64,000 nt of DNA, from the NCBI RefSeq assembly GCF_048403405.1, contig NZ_CP183129.1. One strand, given 5' to 3'. Source of the DNA: Escherichia coli. GTDB taxonomy: Bacteria; Pseudomonadota; Gammaproteobacteria; Enterobacterales; Enterobacteriaceae. Positions 24,217 to 35,576 of the stretch are shown here, piece by piece (position 1 is the stretch's first letter; every line of letters starts with the position of its first letter). Under the pieces are notes generated by a model. The model had not been told where the DNA came from, did not search any database, and worked only from the letters and a program-made list of their open reading frames with translations. A program made the position numbers and the translations under genes.

Positions 24217-25461
24217 TTAACACAATCGTTTTTCAATCCAGTCTGTGATTTCCTGAAGGCCTTTGTCAAAATTCCGATACACCGGGTTAAATGGGATCTC
24301 TAATAATTTACCGTCAGCAGATGATGAGGTGATTAAGCGTGAGTCCTCTTCCGGGCTGAACGGATCGTTCTTCCAGTAGCCTGATAACATTGGCGTTGGG
24401 CAACGACGTCCCAGCAATCCTTGCACTTTTAATGAATAGCGATTCAACTCCACGCGTAACGCTTCGTCGGAAGCATCATGCATACCCAAACGACTCGCCA
24501 GAACGTCAAGATACATTTCCGGCACCTGTTGCTGGCACTTAAAATCACTCAACAGGGTATGAACTACCGGACCAAGACAGGCAACCGCTTTCAGACGCGG
24601 CGATTCAAGGTATGCCAGACGTACGGCAACGTTAGCGCCGAAACGGAAACCAAAGGCCGCGACGCGAGTGTGATCTACCCACGGTACGTTAGGCAGCGCC
24701 TTTAAGACGTGCTGATGCAACAGGCTGGAGTCCTGGGTGAGCTTCCATTTTGAAGAAAAGCCCACCGACGGCATATCAATAGTCAGCATCGCAATGCCGC
24801 GCGGCGCAAAATAACGTTCATACAGGCTGTAATAGTCCGTCTGCATCGCATCCAGACCACCACACATTAATACTGTCGGGAACGGGCCATCACCTTTCGG
24901 CATATGCAAAAAGCCGGTGATGGGCGCACCGCCGGGTACGGTAAACTCCATCTGCCGCATCGTGCCCGGCAGACGCTGAGCGGCCTCTTCATAGGCGCGG
25001 TTTGACAAAGCCTGCGCTTGCTCGGCCAGGTCATCTCCTTTCAGATGAGGATAGGCGGCAATGTTGTACAACGTAGCCGCATGCAGCCAGTGACGACCAC
25101 TGAGTTGCGGATCTTCTTCCGCACAGGCTTTTTGTTGCCACACCATCGCCTGGGTGGCCCACTCATAAATCCAGTTGCCACCACGGTAGCCAATCACCGT
25201 ATCGTATAAATCATCGTCGGTACGTTCGGCATCGCTCATCACAATACGCGCCTGGACGTCGAGGATTTCACGTGGGTCAATGCCGCGCCAGATCCACATC
25301 AGACGGTTAATCATGCGATACCAGTGAGGGATGGTTTTACCATCAAGGGCCGACTGCACAGGCGGTTGTGCGCCGTGATTAAAGCGGCGGACTAGCGTCG
25401 AGGTTTCAGGATGTTTAAAGCGGGGTTTGAACAGGGTTTCGCTCAGGTTTGCCTGTGTCAT
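24217..25461 (-). CDS. frsA: Esterase FrsA (fermentation/respiration switch protein)
   Basis: 414-aa [35 protein letters not shown]... Confidence 0.95.
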
Positions 25462-25552
25462 GGATGCAGCCTCCAGAATACTTACTGGAAACTATTGTAA
25501 CCCGCCTGAAGTTAAAAAGAACAACGCCCGGCAGTGCCAGGCGTTGAAAAGA

Positions 25553-26011
25553 TTAGCGACCGGAGATTGGCGGGACGAATACGACGCCCATATCCCACGG
25601 TTGTTCGATCCAGGTATCTTGCGGGATATCAACAACATAATCATCAACCAGCGGACGACCAGCCGGTTTTGCGAAGATGGTGACAAAGTGCGCTTTTGGA
25701 TACATTTCGCGGATTGCCACTGCAGTACCACCGGTATCCACCAGGTCATCAATAACAATGAAGCCTTCGCCATCGCCTTCTGCGCGTTTCAGCACTTTAA
25801 GCTCGCGCTGGTTGTCGTGATCGTAGCTGGAAATACAAACGGTATCGACATGACGAATACCCAGTTCACGCGCCAGTAACGCACTCGGTACCAGACCGCC
25901 ACGGCTTACGGCAATAATGCCTTTCCATTGTTCAGAAGGCATCAGTCGGCTTGCGAGTTTACGTGCATGGATCTGCAACATGTCCCAGGTGACGATGTAT
26001 TTTTCGCTCAT
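25553..26011 (-). CDS. gpt: Xanthine-guanine phosphoribosyltransferase
   Basis: 152-aa [54 protein letters not shown]... Confidence 0.97.
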   Translation of the reverse strand: MSEKYIVTWDMLQIHARKLASRLMPSEQWKGIIAVSRGGLVPSALLARELGIRHVDTVCISSYDHDNQRELKVLKRAEGDGEGFIVIDDLVDTGGTAVAIREMYPKAHFVTIFAKPAGRPLVDDYVVDIPQDTWIEQPWDMGVVFVPPISGR

Positions 26012-26271
26012 GTGAAGTGTCCCAGCCTGTTTATCTACGGCTTAAAAAGTGTTCGAGGGGAAAATAGGTTGCGCGAGATTATAGAGATCTGGCGCACTAA
26101 AAACCAGTATTTCACATGAGTCCGCGTCTTTTTACGCACTGCCTCTCCCTGACGCGGGATAAAGTGGTATTCTCAAACATATCTCGCAAGCCTGTCTTGT
26201 GTTGACAACATTTTCTGCTAACCCTGTGACCTGCAATACTGTTTTGCGGGTGATCGACAAGGAGACTTAAC

Positions 26272-27729
26272 GTGTCTGAACTGTCTCAATTATCTCCACA
26301 GCCGCTGTGGGATATTTTTGCCAAAATCTGTTCTATTCCTCACCCGTCCTATCATGAAGAGCAACTCGCTGAATACATTGTTGGTTGGGCAAAAGAGAAA
26401 GGTTTCCATGTCGAACGCGATCAGGTAGGTAATATCCTGATTCGTAAACCTGCTACCGCAGGTATGGAAAATCGTAAACCGGTCGTCTTGCAGGCCCACC
26501 TCGATATGGTGCCGCAGAAAAATAACGACACCGTGCATGACTTCACGAAAGATCCTATCCAGCCTTATATTGATGGCGAATGGGTTAAAGCGCGCGGCAC
26601 CACGCTGGGTGCGGATAACGGTATTGGTATGGCCTCTGCACTGGCGGTTCTGGCTGACGAAAACGTGGTTCACGGCCCGCTGGAAGTGCTGCTGACCATG
26701 ACCGAAGAAGCCGGTATGGATGGTGCTTTTGGCTTACAGAGCAACTGGTTGCAGGCTGATATTCTGATTAACACCGACTCCGAAGAAGAAGGTGAAATCT
26801 ACATGGGTTGCGCGGGGGGTATCGACTTTACCTCCAACCTGCATTTAGATCGTGAAGCGGTTCCAGCTGGCTTTGAAACCTTCAAGTTAACCTTAAAAGG
26901 CCTGAAAGGCGGTCACTCCGGCGGTGAAATCCACGTTGGCCTGGGTAATGCCAACAAACTGCTGGTGCGCTTCCTGGCGGGTCATGCAGAAGAACTGGAC
27001 CTGCGCCTTATCGATTTCAACGGCGGCACACTGCGTAACGCCATCCCGCGTGAAGCCTTTGCGACCATTGCTGTCGCAGCTGATAAAGTCGACGCACTGA
27101 AATCTCTGGTGAATACCTATCAGGAGATCCTGAAAAACGAGCTGGCAGAGAAAGAGAAAAATCTGGCATTGCTGCTGGACTCTGTTGCGAACGATAAAGC
27201 TGCCCTGATTGCGAATTCTCGCGATACCTTTATTCGTCTGCTGAACGCCACCCCGAACGGTGTGATCCGCAACTCCGACGTGGCAAAAGGTGTGGTCGAA
27301 ACCTCCCTGAACGTCGGTGTGGTGACCATGACTGACAATAACGTAGAAATTCACTGCCTGATCCGTTCTCTGATCGACAGCGGTAAAGACTACGTGGTAA
27401 GCATGCTGGATTCGCTGGGTAAACTGGCTGGCGCGAAAACCGAAGCGAAAGGCGCATATCCTGGCTGGCAGCCGGACGCTAATTCTCCGGTGATGCATCT
27501 GGTACGTGAAACTTATCAGCGTCTGTTCAACAAGACGCCGAACATCCAGATTATCCACGCGGGCCTGGAATGTGGTCTGTTCAAAAAACCGTATCCGGAA
27601 ATGGACATGGTTTCTATCGGGCCAACAATCACCGGTCCACACTCTCCGGATGAGCAAGTTCACATCGAAAGCGTAGGTCATTACTGGACACTGCTGACTG
27701 AACTGCTGAAAGAAATTCCGGCGAAGTAA
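26272..27729 (+). CDS. pepD: Cytosol nonspecific dipeptidase (aminoacyl-histidine dipeptidase) PepD
   Basis: 485-aa ORF from a GTG start: SELSQLSPQPLWDIFAKICSIPHPSYHEEQ... Confidence 0.96.
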   Translation: MSELSQLSPQPLWDIFAKICSIPHPSYHEEQLAEYIVGWAKEKGFHVERDQVGNILIRKPATAGMENRKPVVLQAHLDMVPQKNNDTVHDFTKDPIQPYIDGEWVKARGTTLGADNGIGMASALAVLADENVVHGPLEVLLTMTEEAGMDGAFGLQSNWLQADILINTDSEEEGEIYMGCAGGIDFTSNLHLDREAVPAGFETFKLTLKGLKGGHSGGEIHVGLGNANKLLVRFLAGHAEELDLRLIDFNGGTLRNAIPREAFATIAVAADKVDALKSLVNTYQEILKNELAEKEKNLALLLDSVANDKAALIANSRDTFIRLLNATPNGVIRNSDVAKGVVETSLNVGVVTMTDNNVEIHCLIRSLIDSGKDYVVSMLDSLGKLAGAKTEAKGAYPGWQPDANSPVMHLVRETYQRLFNKTPNIQIIHAGLECGLFKKPYPEMDMVSIGPTITGPHSPDEQVHIESVGHYWTLLTELLKEIPAK

Positions 27730-27740
27730 TTACAATAATG

Positions 27741-27760
27741 TCCACGCCTGCGGGCGTGGA
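27741..27760 (+). terminator. Putative pepD terminator hairpin
   Basis: Perfect inverted repeat tccacgcc-tgcg-ggcgtgga 12 bp after the pepD stop. Confidence 0.5.
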
Positions 27761-27776
27761 CTACTGTTTGAAGCCA

Positions 27777-28019
27777 ATGGCTATCTATATCGAAATAACA
27801 AAACATTATGAAACTCATGAAAAGGTCGCATATTTATATAGCTGCGACCATATTTCATGGGGAGAATTTCTGATCACCAAAGAAGGTTTTGCGCTGGAAT
27901 CCGTGAAAGAACTTAAGGGTGAAAAGCAGAAATTTTATATGTTCAGAGCCTGGGGCAAAGTCAGGAGAGCATACTTAACCACGGGAGAATTCCCCCAGGA
28001 AACATGTTACGCCGCTTAA
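27777..28019 (+). CDS. Hypothetical small protein (80 aa)
   Basis: ORF MAIYIEITKHYETHEKVAYLYSCDHISWGEF... starting just after the pepD terminator; no family recognised. Confidence 0.35.
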   Translation: MAIYIEITKHYETHEKVAYLYSCDHISWGEFLITKEGFALESVKELKGEKQKFYMFRAWGKVRRAYLTTGEFPQETCYAA

Positions 28020-28035
28020 AGTCAGAGTTATTTTT

Positions 28036-28545
28036 TCATGCATTTACCATTTTGGCATTACGCCTGCGCCACATGGCAATGGCGGCAGCCACTAATGCCA
28101 GTTCCAGTAAAAACGACCAGTGTAATAAAAAATTGAGCCACCACGGATGATGTACCGCCGTAATATGAAAGAGTGCAAAGGGTTGGTTAACGAAAGGCAT
28201 CAACCACCAGATATCACCGACCAGCGTATCGAGTAATAAATGCACGATACCATTCAGGCAAAACACCACGCCCAACCACGCCGGAAGTTTATTCTTCGCA
28301 ATTGCGGCCCAGACTAATGTCGCCGCCAGCAGAGCAAACCATAATAATGGCCAATGAGACGGGTAAAGATGATGATGTCGTTGCCCGTTATCAACCAGAT
28401 AGCACCAAAAAAGATCAAAATCGGGCGCAACGGACCCAACTAAGCCAATAACCATCGCCCAGCGCGCATGACGAGCAATCAGTGGCAAGCGTTTCATTAA
28501 AGTACAAGTTATTAAATAACCAGCCGGAAGATGACCGATAAACAT
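28036..28545 (-). CDS. DUF457/YdjM-like membrane-bound metal-dependent hydrolase
   Basis: MFIGHLPAGYL... and PDFDLF motifs resembling E. coli YdjM; multiple TM segments; His-rich. Confidence 0.55.
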   Translation of the reverse strand: MFIGHLPAGYLITCTLMKRLPLIARHARWAMVIGLVGSVAPDFDLFWCYLVDNGQRHHHLYPSHWPLLWFALLAATLVWAAIAKNKLPAWLGVVFCLNGIVHLLLDTLVGDIWWLMPFVNQPFALFHITAVHHPWWLNFLLHWSFLLELALVAAAIAMWRRRNAKMVNA

Positions 28546-28606
28546 GACTATTCCTTTCGTTTTTCCCGCCGCTTTCACATAGAAAACGGCGGGAGACATT
28601 CCTCAA

Positions 28607-29221
28607 TTACACAGCGACAAAAGCCATCCCTGTAAACGTTCGTCGCGGGTTGCCACGTTCAATCTGGTGATGGAACATTCGCCGCTGCGATTTCAGCGCC
28701 GCGCTATTTTTCTGTTGCTGCTGCTCCAGCTTCCAGGCAATCAGCAATCGCGCCAGCCGTTTGTTAGCATGCTGGCTGCGCTCTGACTGAACCTTCACGC
28801 TAATCCCGGATGCCAAATGCGTGGCGCGTACCGCCGAGTCGGTTTTATTGACATGTTGACCGCCCGGCCCCGACGAACGCAGCGTCTCATACCGGATCGC
28901 ATCGGATTGCTCCTGCTCATCAGCGGTAAAACGCCCAATGCCCAGAAACCAGTTTTTGCGCCCATGATGAGGCCGATACGGACTCGGACAAATCCACTGA
29001 ATAGTGCCGCACCAACTTTCGCTTAATGCCCATGCATTATCGCCATCCAGAGAAACCAGCGCTGAACGCAGCGTGTCAGAGTAGCGGCCCGTTTCTGTTT
29101 CCAGCACCGTTACCGCGACGTCTTGTCGGGTAGCTTCTTTAATCAGCCTGTCCAGTGCCTTTTTCACTGCGAGACAACATTCTTCCGGCCCCTGCGCTGA
29201 GGAGAGTTGTAGCAAGATCAT
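28607..29221 (-). CDS. prfH: Peptide chain release factor homolog PrfH
   Basis: GGQ motif ([28 protein letters not shown]); start at [11 protein letters not shown]; overlaps rtcB2 stop. Confidence 0.85.
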   Translation of the reverse strand: MILLQLSSAQGPEECCLAVKKALDRLIKEATRQDVAVTVLETETGRYSDTLRSALVSLDGDNAWALSESWCGTIQWICPSPYRPHHGRKNWFLGIGRFTADEQEQSDAIRYETLRSSGPGGQHVNKTDSAVRATHLASGISVKVQSERSQHANKRLARLLIAWKLEQQQQKNSAALKSQRRMFHHQIERGNPRRTFTGMAFVAV

Positions 29222-30369
29222 CCTTTTTTCCCTCCACTGTTTTTGAGCGTTAGCACCGGACGCAGTCGCGCGACAGGAATAATTAAACCGGCTTGCACCA
29301 GACATTGCACCACACTTTCAGCCGATTTATAGGCTTGTGGCGCTTCTTCGAAGATGAGTTGTTTATCGCGACAAATCACCCGGCTGCCAAGTTCAGTACG
29401 CGAGAGTTGCGTCGCCGTGTAATTCGCTGCCAGACGCCCTTTACACTCGGTGCGCCCCCATTTACGCCCTGCCCCATGCGCCAGCGAGTGGAGCGTTTTT
29501 TCGTTCGCAACAGGTTTAACCAGCCAGGAGTAATCACCGCGTGAACCGGGAATAATCACCAGACCGTTGTCATCCGGCGTGGCACCTTTACGATGCAACC
29601 AGCCCTGTTGATCGCCGATTTGGCACGCGCTAACAAAGTTATGCGCCACATCCAGAACCGGACTTCCGGTGGCCTTAACTTGTTGCATTATGCGCAAAGC
29701 GATCATCTGGCGATTAATACGCGCAAACGCCAGCGCATCGTCATGTTCCGCAATATACCGTAGCGCGTCGTCACTGCCTTCAGGCAAACCATGATGCGAA
29801 AACGAGGCAATATGCCGCTGTAAAATAGACTGCCCCAACCCCCTCGAGCCGCTATGAACCAGCAGTTGCAGATGCTGCGCATCCAGACCTGCCAGTGCAA
29901 ACAGTTCAGCGTCGATGATTTCATCAACTTGTTGCAGTTCTGCAAAGTGGTTTCCGCCACCGATAGAGCCAAGCGAGCTGCGCCACGAATGCTGTGCAAA
30001 TGCTGACGGCAGGTTTTCCTCCAGCCAGCTTTCTTCAGCAACGTCATCCAAAGCTGATAATCGCTTTTCAAACTTATCGGCGTTGTATTTACGAGCGAGA
30101 ATATCTGTTTGCCATAGCGCCATGCCGCAGCCGATATCATTGCCGACCAGTGCCGGGTAAAAACGGCCTGCGGAGAAGAACGCTGCGCCAATCGGGTAGC
30201 CGCGTCCGGGATGTAAATCTGGCATCCCTACTACGCGCTGCATGTTGGGTAAATTTGCCGTGGTGTGTAATTGTTGGATCGCTAAACTCTCGATCCACAG
30301 GTCATCAGATGCGATGGTAAATACCGCATCGGATAAGGGACGAATATATTTGCCCATGTACCATTCCAT
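29218..30369 (-). CDS. rtcB: RtcB-family RNA ligase (RtcB2, PrfH-associated)
   Basis: 383-aa ORF with RtcB-type metal-binding His/Cys residues ([31 protein letters not shown]). Confidence 0.85.
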   Translation of the reverse strand: MEWYMGKYIRPLSDAVFTIASDDLWIESLAIQQLHTTANLPNMQRVVGMPDLHPGRGYPIGAAFFSAGRFYPALVGNDIGCGMALWQTDILARKYNADKFEKRLSALDDVAEESWLEENLPSAFAQHSWRSSLGSIGGGNHFAELQQVDEIIDAELFALAGLDAQHLQLLVHSGSRGLGQSILQRHIASFSHHGLPEGSDDALRYIAEHDDALAFARINRQMIALRIMQQVKATGSPVLDVAHNFVSACQIGDQQGWLHRKGATPDDNGLVIIPGSRGDYSWLVKPVANEKTLHSLAHGAGRKWGRTECKGRLAANYTATQLSRTELGSRVICRDKQLIFEEAPQAYKSAESVVQCLVQAGLIIPVARLRPVLTLKNSGGKKG

Positions 30370-30675
30370 TTATACTCGTCATACTTCAAGTTGCATGTAC
30401 TGCGGCTGCGTTCGTTCACCCCAGTCACTTACTTATGTAAGCTCCTGGGGATTCACTCGCTTGTCGCCTTCCTGCAACTCGAATTATTTAGAGTATATAA
30501 ATATTAAAAATCAGGAAATGGCAGACGAATCCAGGGCAAGAAAAAAAGAATTAATCCTGGAAAGGTCTGCAAAGAGTCATTGATAAAGGATTTGTCATGA
30601 TTTACCTCCTTGCAGTTTGTGGAATAAGAAAACGCGCACATACTAGGCGGGTGTTATTTTCATTGCAAGCTGGAT

Positions 30676-31128
30676 TTAATGTTGCGGTTTATATCGCATA
30701 GAAAAATTAGTAAACCACGCTCCCCTGCATTCAACGCGCTGCTGCTTAACTGTCTGAAAACCATAACGTTCAAAAAAGGGTTTTGCGGTTATGCTGGCAT
30801 CTACCGTTAGTTCGGATTCAGACTTAATCAATGGTTTTAACAAAGCGCTGGCAACCCCACAGCGGGTGTATTCAGGGTCAACAAATAACATATCGATATA
30901 GTGTTCAACGCGGGAAATAAAACCAACCGGTTGTGCATTAATGATCGCAACCCACACTTGTGATTTCGCGAGTTTCTCCTTCCAGCGAGATTCGTCAATC
31001 TGCGCCCAGGCGGCAATTTGTTGTGGTGAATAATGCTGACTGGCGGTCATCGTAACCGCTCTAAGGAAAATAGCGCATAGTTGCTGAAAATCGCCAGGCT
31101 GATAGTTTCTTATTTGTATGTTATTCAT
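30676..31128 (-). CDS. yafP: GNAT family acetyltransferase YafP
   Basis: 150-aa ORF MNNIQIRNYQPGDFQQLCAIFLRAV... Confidence 0.9.
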   Translation of the reverse strand: MNNIQIRNYQPGDFQQLCAIFLRAVTMTASQHYSPQQIAAWAQIDESRWKEKLAKSQVWVAIINAQPVGFISRVEHYIDMLFVDPEYTRCGVASALLKPLIKSESELTVDASITAKPFFERYGFQTVKQQRVECRGAWFTNFSMRYKPQH

Positions 31129-31137
31129 AATATAAAT

Positions 31138-31536
31138 TCAAAAACGCATGCGAAACGCTTCTGCCATTTTTCCAATTTTATGCATTTGGTTGTTATCTCG
31201 AGCCAGTTTATGAGGTTCAGGCTTCAGAATGGCAATGAGCAACCATGCTTGCTCATCAAACGCACCCTGACAATATACCAAATGCGCTTCGTCATTCGTT
31301 CTGCTGAATTGGCACAACTGTGGCGGAAATGGATTATTCACATTTGCCAGATGAATATGAGCAACTCGCTCAAATTTGATTAATGGCCAGGTAAACGAGT
31401 CGTCGTAGAGTGCATCGCGACCAAATATATCTGGCAAAATACCGTCACGCTTATAGGAAATAAAATCCGCCGTTAACGCATCAAGTTCCTCTGCTGTAAG
31501 TTGCAGGCGAATAAGTTTTGTTTTGAATACCCGCAT
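31138..31536 (-). CDS. yafO: Ribosome-dependent mRNA interferase toxin YafO
   Basis: 132-aa ORF MRVFKTKLIRLQLTAEELDALTADFISYKRDG... Confidence 0.9.
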   Translation of the reverse strand: MRVFKTKLIRLQLTAEELDALTADFISYKRDGILPDIFGRDALYDDSFTWPLIKFERVAHIHLANVNNPFPPQLCQFSRTNDEAHLVYCQGAFDEQAWLLIAILKPEPHKLARDNNQMHKIGKMAEAFRMRF

Positions 31537-31538
31537 CC

Positions 31539-31832
31539 TTATTCCTTAAAGTCATTGAAATCATCATCCGTCATATCATTAAGATATTGTTCAGCGCGGC
31601 GTGTAATTTCCTCTAATCTTGCAGCACTCGGACGGAAGCGCGCCTTTATGGGCTTTTTCTCCTCTTGTTCAGCAAGCATGTCCATTAACGCTTCGAATGC
31701 GCTGGCACTTAAGAGATATCCTGCGGGGCGATTATTAGAAAGAACCGCAACCGGTTGATCAATAAAGTATTTAGCTGGGTTTTTACGTAACTCAGTGATA
31801 TTGACCGATTTTTCAGCGAGAATTCGATGCAT
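31539..31832 (-). CDS. yafN: Antitoxin YafN
   Basis: 97-aa ORF MHRILAEKSVNITELRKNPAKYF...; 2-bp gap to yafO. Confidence 0.9.
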   Translation of the reverse strand: MHRILAEKSVNITELRKNPAKYFIDQPVAVLSNNRPAGYLLSASAFEALMDMLAEQEEKKPIKARFRPSAARLEEITRRAEQYLNDMTDDDFNDFKE

Positions 31833-31883
31833 ACAGTGATCCCCTCATAATAATGCACACCAGAATAGACATAATAGTATACA

Positions 31884-32939
31884 TCATAATCCCAGCACCA
31901 GTTGTCTTTCCATTTGCGGGTCAAGCAACGTCACATGCAGCCCCACCAGTCGCACACCGCGCCCGCCGCGGCGTTCATCCCAGGTTTTACGCGCGGTGGC
32001 GATTAGATCAGCTTTATTCAGCCGCGGCCAGACGTGCTCCTGAGTAGTTTGCTGAAAATCGTCGAACTTTAATTTCACCCCCTGGCGAGCAATCAGTAAA
32101 TCAGGTTTTACTTTTGCCAGACGACGTTCAAGTTCCGGATACAGCCGCTCGATAATCGCTTCACATTCAGACCAGTGATGAATATCTTCCGCCATCGTGC
32201 GTTCCACGCCGACAGATTTTCGCAACCGTTCGCTGTTAACGTCGCGCTCGTCAATCCCCTGACTACGCTCCCACAAAATGCGGCCAAATTTGCCAAAACG
32301 TTTGAGCAGAGTCACCAGATCACACTTTTGCACATCACCGCAGGTCCGCAGCCCCATCGCTTCCAGTTTTGCCGCCGAGACTTTGCCGACGCCGGGGATT
32401 TTTGCCAGCGGTAAGGTTTGTAAAAATGTCGGAACTTCTGCCGGCGTAATCACAAACTGGCCGTTGGGTTTATTCATGTCGGAGGCGATTTTGGCGAGAA
32501 ACTTTACTGGTGCCACGCCCGCAGACGCCGTCAGTTGCAGCTCGTTGAAGATTGTCTGGCGGATTTCCTGGGCGATGAGGGTCGCAGAACCGTGGCAATG
32601 GACGCTATCAGTGACATCGAGATAGGCTTCATCCAGTGACAACGGTTCAATACGCGAGGTGTAGCGCGAGAAGATTTCACGGATATGATTTGAGGCTTCT
32701 TTGTAGGCGTCAAAGCGCCCCGGAAGCAAGGTGAGATGTGGGCATAATTTGAGCGCCATCCCTGTCGGCATAGCGCTACGTACGCCAAATTTACGCGCGG
32801 GATAATTGGCGGTGCTGATCACTCCCCGACGTTCGCGGCTGCCGCCAATAGCAATAGGGATATCGCGCAGGGCGGGATTGTCGCGCATCTCCACCGCTGC
32901 GAAAAAGCAGTCCATATCCACATGAATGATTTTACGCAT
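31884..32939 (-). CDS. dinB: DNA polymerase IV (Y-family translesion polymerase)
   Basis: 351-aa [36 protein letters not shown]... Confidence 0.97.
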   Translation of the reverse strand: MRKIIHVDMDCFFAAVEMRDNPALRDIPIAIGGSRERRGVISTANYPARKFGVRSAMPTGMALKLCPHLTLLPGRFDAYKEASNHIREIFSRYTSRIEPLSLDEAYLDVTDSVHCHGSATLIAQEIRQTIFNELQLTASAGVAPVKFLAKIASDMNKPNGQFVITPAEVPTFLQTLPLAKIPGVGKVSAAKLEAMGLRTCGDVQKCDLVTLLKRFGKFGRILWERSQGIDERDVNSERLRKSVGVERTMAEDIHHWSECEAIIERLYPELERRLAKVKPDLLIARQGVKLKFDDFQQTTQEHVWPRLNKADLIATARKTWDERRGGRGVRLVGLHVTLLDPQMERQLVLGL

Positions 32940-32955
32940 TGCTCACCTCTCAACA

Positions 32956-32971
32956 CTGGTAAAGTATACAG
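32956..32971 (-). promoter_or_regulatory. LexA (SOS) box upstream of dinB
   Basis: cactggtaaagtatacagtg; contains CTG-N10-CAG palindrome 17 bp upstream of the dinB start. Confidence 0.8.
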
Positions 32972-33009
32972 TGATTTCAGGGTTTGAGAAATGCGTAAAG
33001 ATTCAGCAT

Positions 33010-33740
33010 CTAGCGCGTTCGCTGCGAATGCACCTGCTGCTTATCCAGCTTTTGCACCAGCGGCTGCACCACTTTATCCCCATGCTGACCAAAGTATTGA
33101 TACAGCGTATCGGACGCACTTTTGGTCAGCACCATAATCTCAATGCGTCGGTTGCCCGCGCTTTGCGGATTTTTCGCGTCCAGCAGCATCTGGTCCGCCA
33201 TCGCGCTCACCTGCATCACTTTATCTTCCGGCATTCCGGCCTCTTCCAGCACCCGACGAGCCGAAAGCGCGCGATCGCCCGAAAGGTTCCAGTTGTTGTA
33301 GATATTGTTTTTGTAGGCCATCGCATCGGTATGCCCGGTAATAATAATTTTGTTATCGAGCGAGTCGAACACTGGCGCGAGCTCCACCAGCAAAGTTTTA
33401 AAGAACGGCATAATCTGTGCGCTGCCGCGTTCAAACATATTGCGGTTCTGGTCATCTTTAATCAGCACGCGCAGTCCCTGGGGAACAATCTCCATCTCCA
33501 GATTCGCTTCCATATGTGCATCACGGGCAATGGTGTTGATACTGGTCGCCAGCTCGCCAAGCTCAGTAGCGGATTTCTTCTTCAGCAGCGCCGTTTTCTC
33601 ATTGACGTCACGCGCTTTTTTCTCCGTCTCTTCCGGCACCGCCACGGTGGCAGGTTTTGGCGGATGAGACAGGCTGATTTTATTTAACGGCGACAACCCG
33701 CCGCCATTGAAAATCGACTGCCCGTGCAGCGCGGCGATAA
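33010..33740 (-). pseudogene. lafU: Lateral flagellar motor protein LafU (MotB-like), N-terminally truncated: Flag-2 remnant
   Basis: C-terminal OmpA-like domain present (...IIITGHTDAMAYKNNIYNNWNLSGDRALSARRVLEEAGMPEDKV...NRRIEIMVL); no N-terminal TM anchor. Confidence 0.7.
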
Positions 33741-35479
33741 TGCTTTCACGCTCGGATTTACTGACGCTGTTGACAATCAACTTTATCGTCGTCACCAAAG
33801 GGGCCGAGCGTATTTCCGAGGTTTCTGCCCGCTTTACCCTGGACGCGATGCCCGGCAAACAGATGGCGATTGACGCCGATCTTAACGCCGGGTTGATCAA
33901 CCAGGCGCAGGCGCAAACCCGGCGTAAAGATGTTGCCAGCGAGGCCGATTTCTACGGCGCAATGGACGGGGCATCGAAGTTTGTGCGCGGGGATGCCATC
34001 GCCGGGATGATGATTCTGGCGATCAACCTGATCGGCGGCGTCTGTATCGGGATCTTCAAATACAACCTGAGCGCCGATGCCGCCTTCCAGCAATATGTGC
34101 TGATGACCATCGGCGACGGACTGGTGGCGCAGATCCCGTCCCTGCTGCTTTCCACCGCGGCGGCGATTATCGTCACCCGCGTCAGCGACAACGGCGATAT
34201 TGCCCATGACGTGCGTAACCAGTTGCTGGCAAGCCCGTCGGTGCTCTACACCGCCACCGGGATCATGTTTGTGCTGGCGGTTGTGCCGGGGATGCCGCAT
34301 CTGCCGTTTTTGCTGTTCAGCGCCCTGCTTGGTTTTACCGGCTGGCGGATGAGCAAACGCCCGCAGGCGGCGGAGGCGGAAGAGAAAAGCCTCGAAACAC
34401 TGACCCGAACCATCACCGAAACCAGCGAGCAACAGGTCAGTTGGGAAACTATTCCGCTGATCGAGCCCATCAGCTTAAGCCTCGGCTACAAGCTGGTGGC
34501 GCTGGTGGACAAAGTACAGGGTAACCCGCTCACCCAGCGGATTCGCGGCGTGCGGCAGGTGATTTCTGACGGTAACGGCGTGCTGCTGCCGGAGATCCGC
34601 ATTCGGGAAAACTTCCGCCTCAAGCCCAGCCAGTACGCCATTTTCATCAATGGCATTAAGGCTGATGAAGCGGATATTCCGGCGGATAAACTGATGGCCC
34701 TGCCCTCCAGCGAAACCTACGGCGAGATTGACGGCGTGCTGGGGAACGACCCGGCGTACGGGATGCCGGTGACCTGGATCCAGCCCGCGCAGAAAGCGAA
34801 AGCGCTGAATATGGGGTATCAGGTGATCGACAGCGCCAGCGTGATTGCCACCCATGTGAACAAGATTGTCCGCAGCTATATTCCTGATTTGTTTAACTAT
34901 GATGACATCACGCAGTTGCATAACCGTTTGTCGTCGATGGCACCGCGCCTGGCGGAAGATTTGAGCGCGGCGCTCAATTACAGCCAATTGCTGAAAGTGT
35001 ACCGGGCGCTGCTGACCGAAGGCGTTTCCCTGCGCGATATTGTCACCATCGCCACCGTGCTGGTCGCCAGTAGCACAGTGACCAAAGATCATATCCTGCT
35101 GGCGGCCGATGTGCGCCTGGCATTGCGGCGCAGCATTACCCATCCGTTCGTTCGCAAGCAGGAGCTGACGGTGTATACGCTGAATAATGAGCTGGAAAAT
35201 CTGCTCACCAACGTGGTGAATCAGGCGCAACAGGGCGGGAAAGTGATGCTCGACAGCGTGCCGGTCGATCCGAATATGCTCAACCAGTTCCAGAGTACGA
35301 TGCCGCAGGTAAAAGAGCAGATGAAAGCGGCGGGGAAAGACCCGGTGCTGCTGGTGCCGCCGCAGTTGCGTCCTTTGCTGGCGCGTTATGCAAGGTTGTT
35401 TGCGCCGGGGCTGCATGTGCTGTCGTATAACGAAGTGCCGGACGAGCTGGAGTTGAAGATTATGGGGGAGTTGAGTTGA
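33707..35479 (+). pseudogene. lfhA: Lateral flagellar export protein LfhA (FlhA-like), N-terminally truncated: Flag-2 remnant
   Basis: FlhA-like from ...NFIVVTKGAERISEVSARFTLDAMPGKQMAIDADLNAG onward; lacks the first roughly 100 residues. Confidence 0.7.
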
Positions 35480-35576
35480 TGGGGGAGACTATATAAGGTC
35501 TCGGACTGTCCCCTCGCCCCTTTGGGGAGAGGGAGAAAAACGTGTACGACTTTAACTTTTTCGCAGTATTGCCGTC

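Noticed and set aside
26893-27681. 262-aa minus-strand ORF
   Set aside because: Lies entirely antisense within pepD, which is an unambiguous match; no independent support.
34475-35416. 313-aa minus-strand ORF (and 33758-34432, 224 aa)
   Set aside because: Antisense to the FlhA-like lfhA reading frame; Arg/His/Gln-rich translation is typical of a spurious frame.
35490-35545. Inverted repeats (gagac...gtctc; cccctcgcccc...ggggagaggg) downstream of lfhA, possibly REP-like or a terminator
   Set aside because: Stems are imperfect and I cannot distinguish a REP element from a terminator or chance by eye; left uncalled.
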